Assembly (NCBI GenBank): GCA_005788065.1
Contig: SXZD01000252.1
Span: 1 to 33,054 of the forward strand
DNA from: Burkholderiales bacterium
Lineage (GTDB): Bacteria; Pseudomonadota; Gammaproteobacteria; Burkholderiales; Burkholderiaceae_B
Length of the DNA stretch: 33,054 bases
Direction of reading: 5' to 3'
A program made the translations under genes and the position numbers. Each line of letters starts with the position of its first letter. Position 1 is the first letter of the stretch. Under the pieces are notes generated by a model that saw only the letters and a program-made list of their open reading frames with translations, had not been told where the DNA came from and made no database searches. This document shows positions 32,644-33,054 of this stretch, one piece after another.

Positions 32644-32743
32644 GGTGTACAGTTGTGCACAATAAGTCGGCTGTGGCATAGCGAGATCTACAGCCAAAGC
32701 GATGTCTGAGCCGATACACACACACTGAAAGCGAGGCATCAAC

Positions 32744-33054
32744 ATGGGCATTCCCACACACTTGAGTCCGGGCGAAATCGAGGAGTTCGGCCGCGAAATG
32801 GACGCCATCCGCAACGAGGTCATGGACTCCCGCGGCGCCAGAGACCGTCAATACATTCTGCGTGTCATCCGCGCTCAGCGCCTGTTGGCCCTCTCGGGCC
32901 GCATCGTTATGATGCTGTCCCTGCTTGCTTCGCCCTGGAGCCAATTGGCCTGGGCTGACATGACGTTGTTTTTGGTGGTCATGGGGACCGGCGCGTTCAT
33001 GCTGGGCCTGGCCAAAATCATCGAAAACATGGAAATCGGTCACAACGTCATGCA
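32744..33054 (+). CDS. membrane fatty acid desaturase, 3' end outside window
   Basis: Absent from the ORF track because it has no stop within the window. My hand translation is MGIPTHLSPGEIEEFGREMDAIRNEVMDSRGARDRQYILRVIRAQRLLALSGRIVMMLS...LAKIIENMEIGHNVMH. RBS GAGG lies 7 nt upstream. It ends at the first His box (HNVMH) of acyl-CoA/lipid desaturases. The antisense ORF 32513..33043 is a shadow. Confidence 0.7.
   Translation, partial: MGIPTHLSPGEIEEFGREMDAIRNEVMDSRGARDRQYILRVIRAQRLLALSGRIVMMLSLLASPWSQLAWADMTLFLVVMGTGAFMLGLAKIIENMEIGHNVM

Overview
About 33 kb of GC-rich, chromosomal-looking DNA with Betaproteobacteria-like gene content: an H-NS/Bv3F-type protein, LivG-type and porin-type gene remnants, YaeQ, YaiI and YqhA. 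I support about 34 protein genes. I saw no rRNA, tRNA, CRISPR, transposase or integrase. All family calls come from motif reading by eye; no searches were run.

Gene content, left to right:
- yqhA (5' partial)
- fatty-acid-hydroxylase-like gene plus membrane histidine kinase
- ridA-like gene and H-NS-like gene, followed by an AT-rich spacer
- Pho-box-preceded PhoX/DUF839 phosphatase
- translationally coupled sulfatase operon: small signal-peptide ORF, Cys-type sulfatase, DUF1214 protein, DUF1254::MBL alkylsulfatase fusion
- coupled tandem histidine-kinase pair whose second member lacks the phospho-acceptor His
- major-royal-jelly/yellow-family protein
- MFS transporter
- DUF962/Mpo1-like protein
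- large VCBS-type protein with a 14-proline linker
- PNPOx-like protein
- higB-higA followed 3 nt later by a CbbX/SpoVK-like AAA+ ATPase
- alpha/beta hydrolase
- MFS transporter
- yaeQ
- perfect LexA box
- vapBC
- BLUF-polytopic membrane-histidine kinase fusion
- exoD-like gene
- phnDCEE-like ABC importer plus yaiI
- abutting C-terminal remnants of a LivG/F-type ATPase and a porin
- secreted Arg/Asp-rich repeat protein
- 13-bp tandem repeat
- 3'-truncated fatty acid desaturase

Most interesting candidates:
1. The BLUF-membrane-histidine kinase photoreceptor architecture.
2. The four paralogous orphan kinases, including a pseudo-kinase pair.
3. The dual-class sulfatase operon with split DUF1214/DUF1254 modules.
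4. The HigB-HigA-AAA+ three-gene unit.
5. The SOS box between yaeQ and vapBC.
6. The RD-rich secreted protein.
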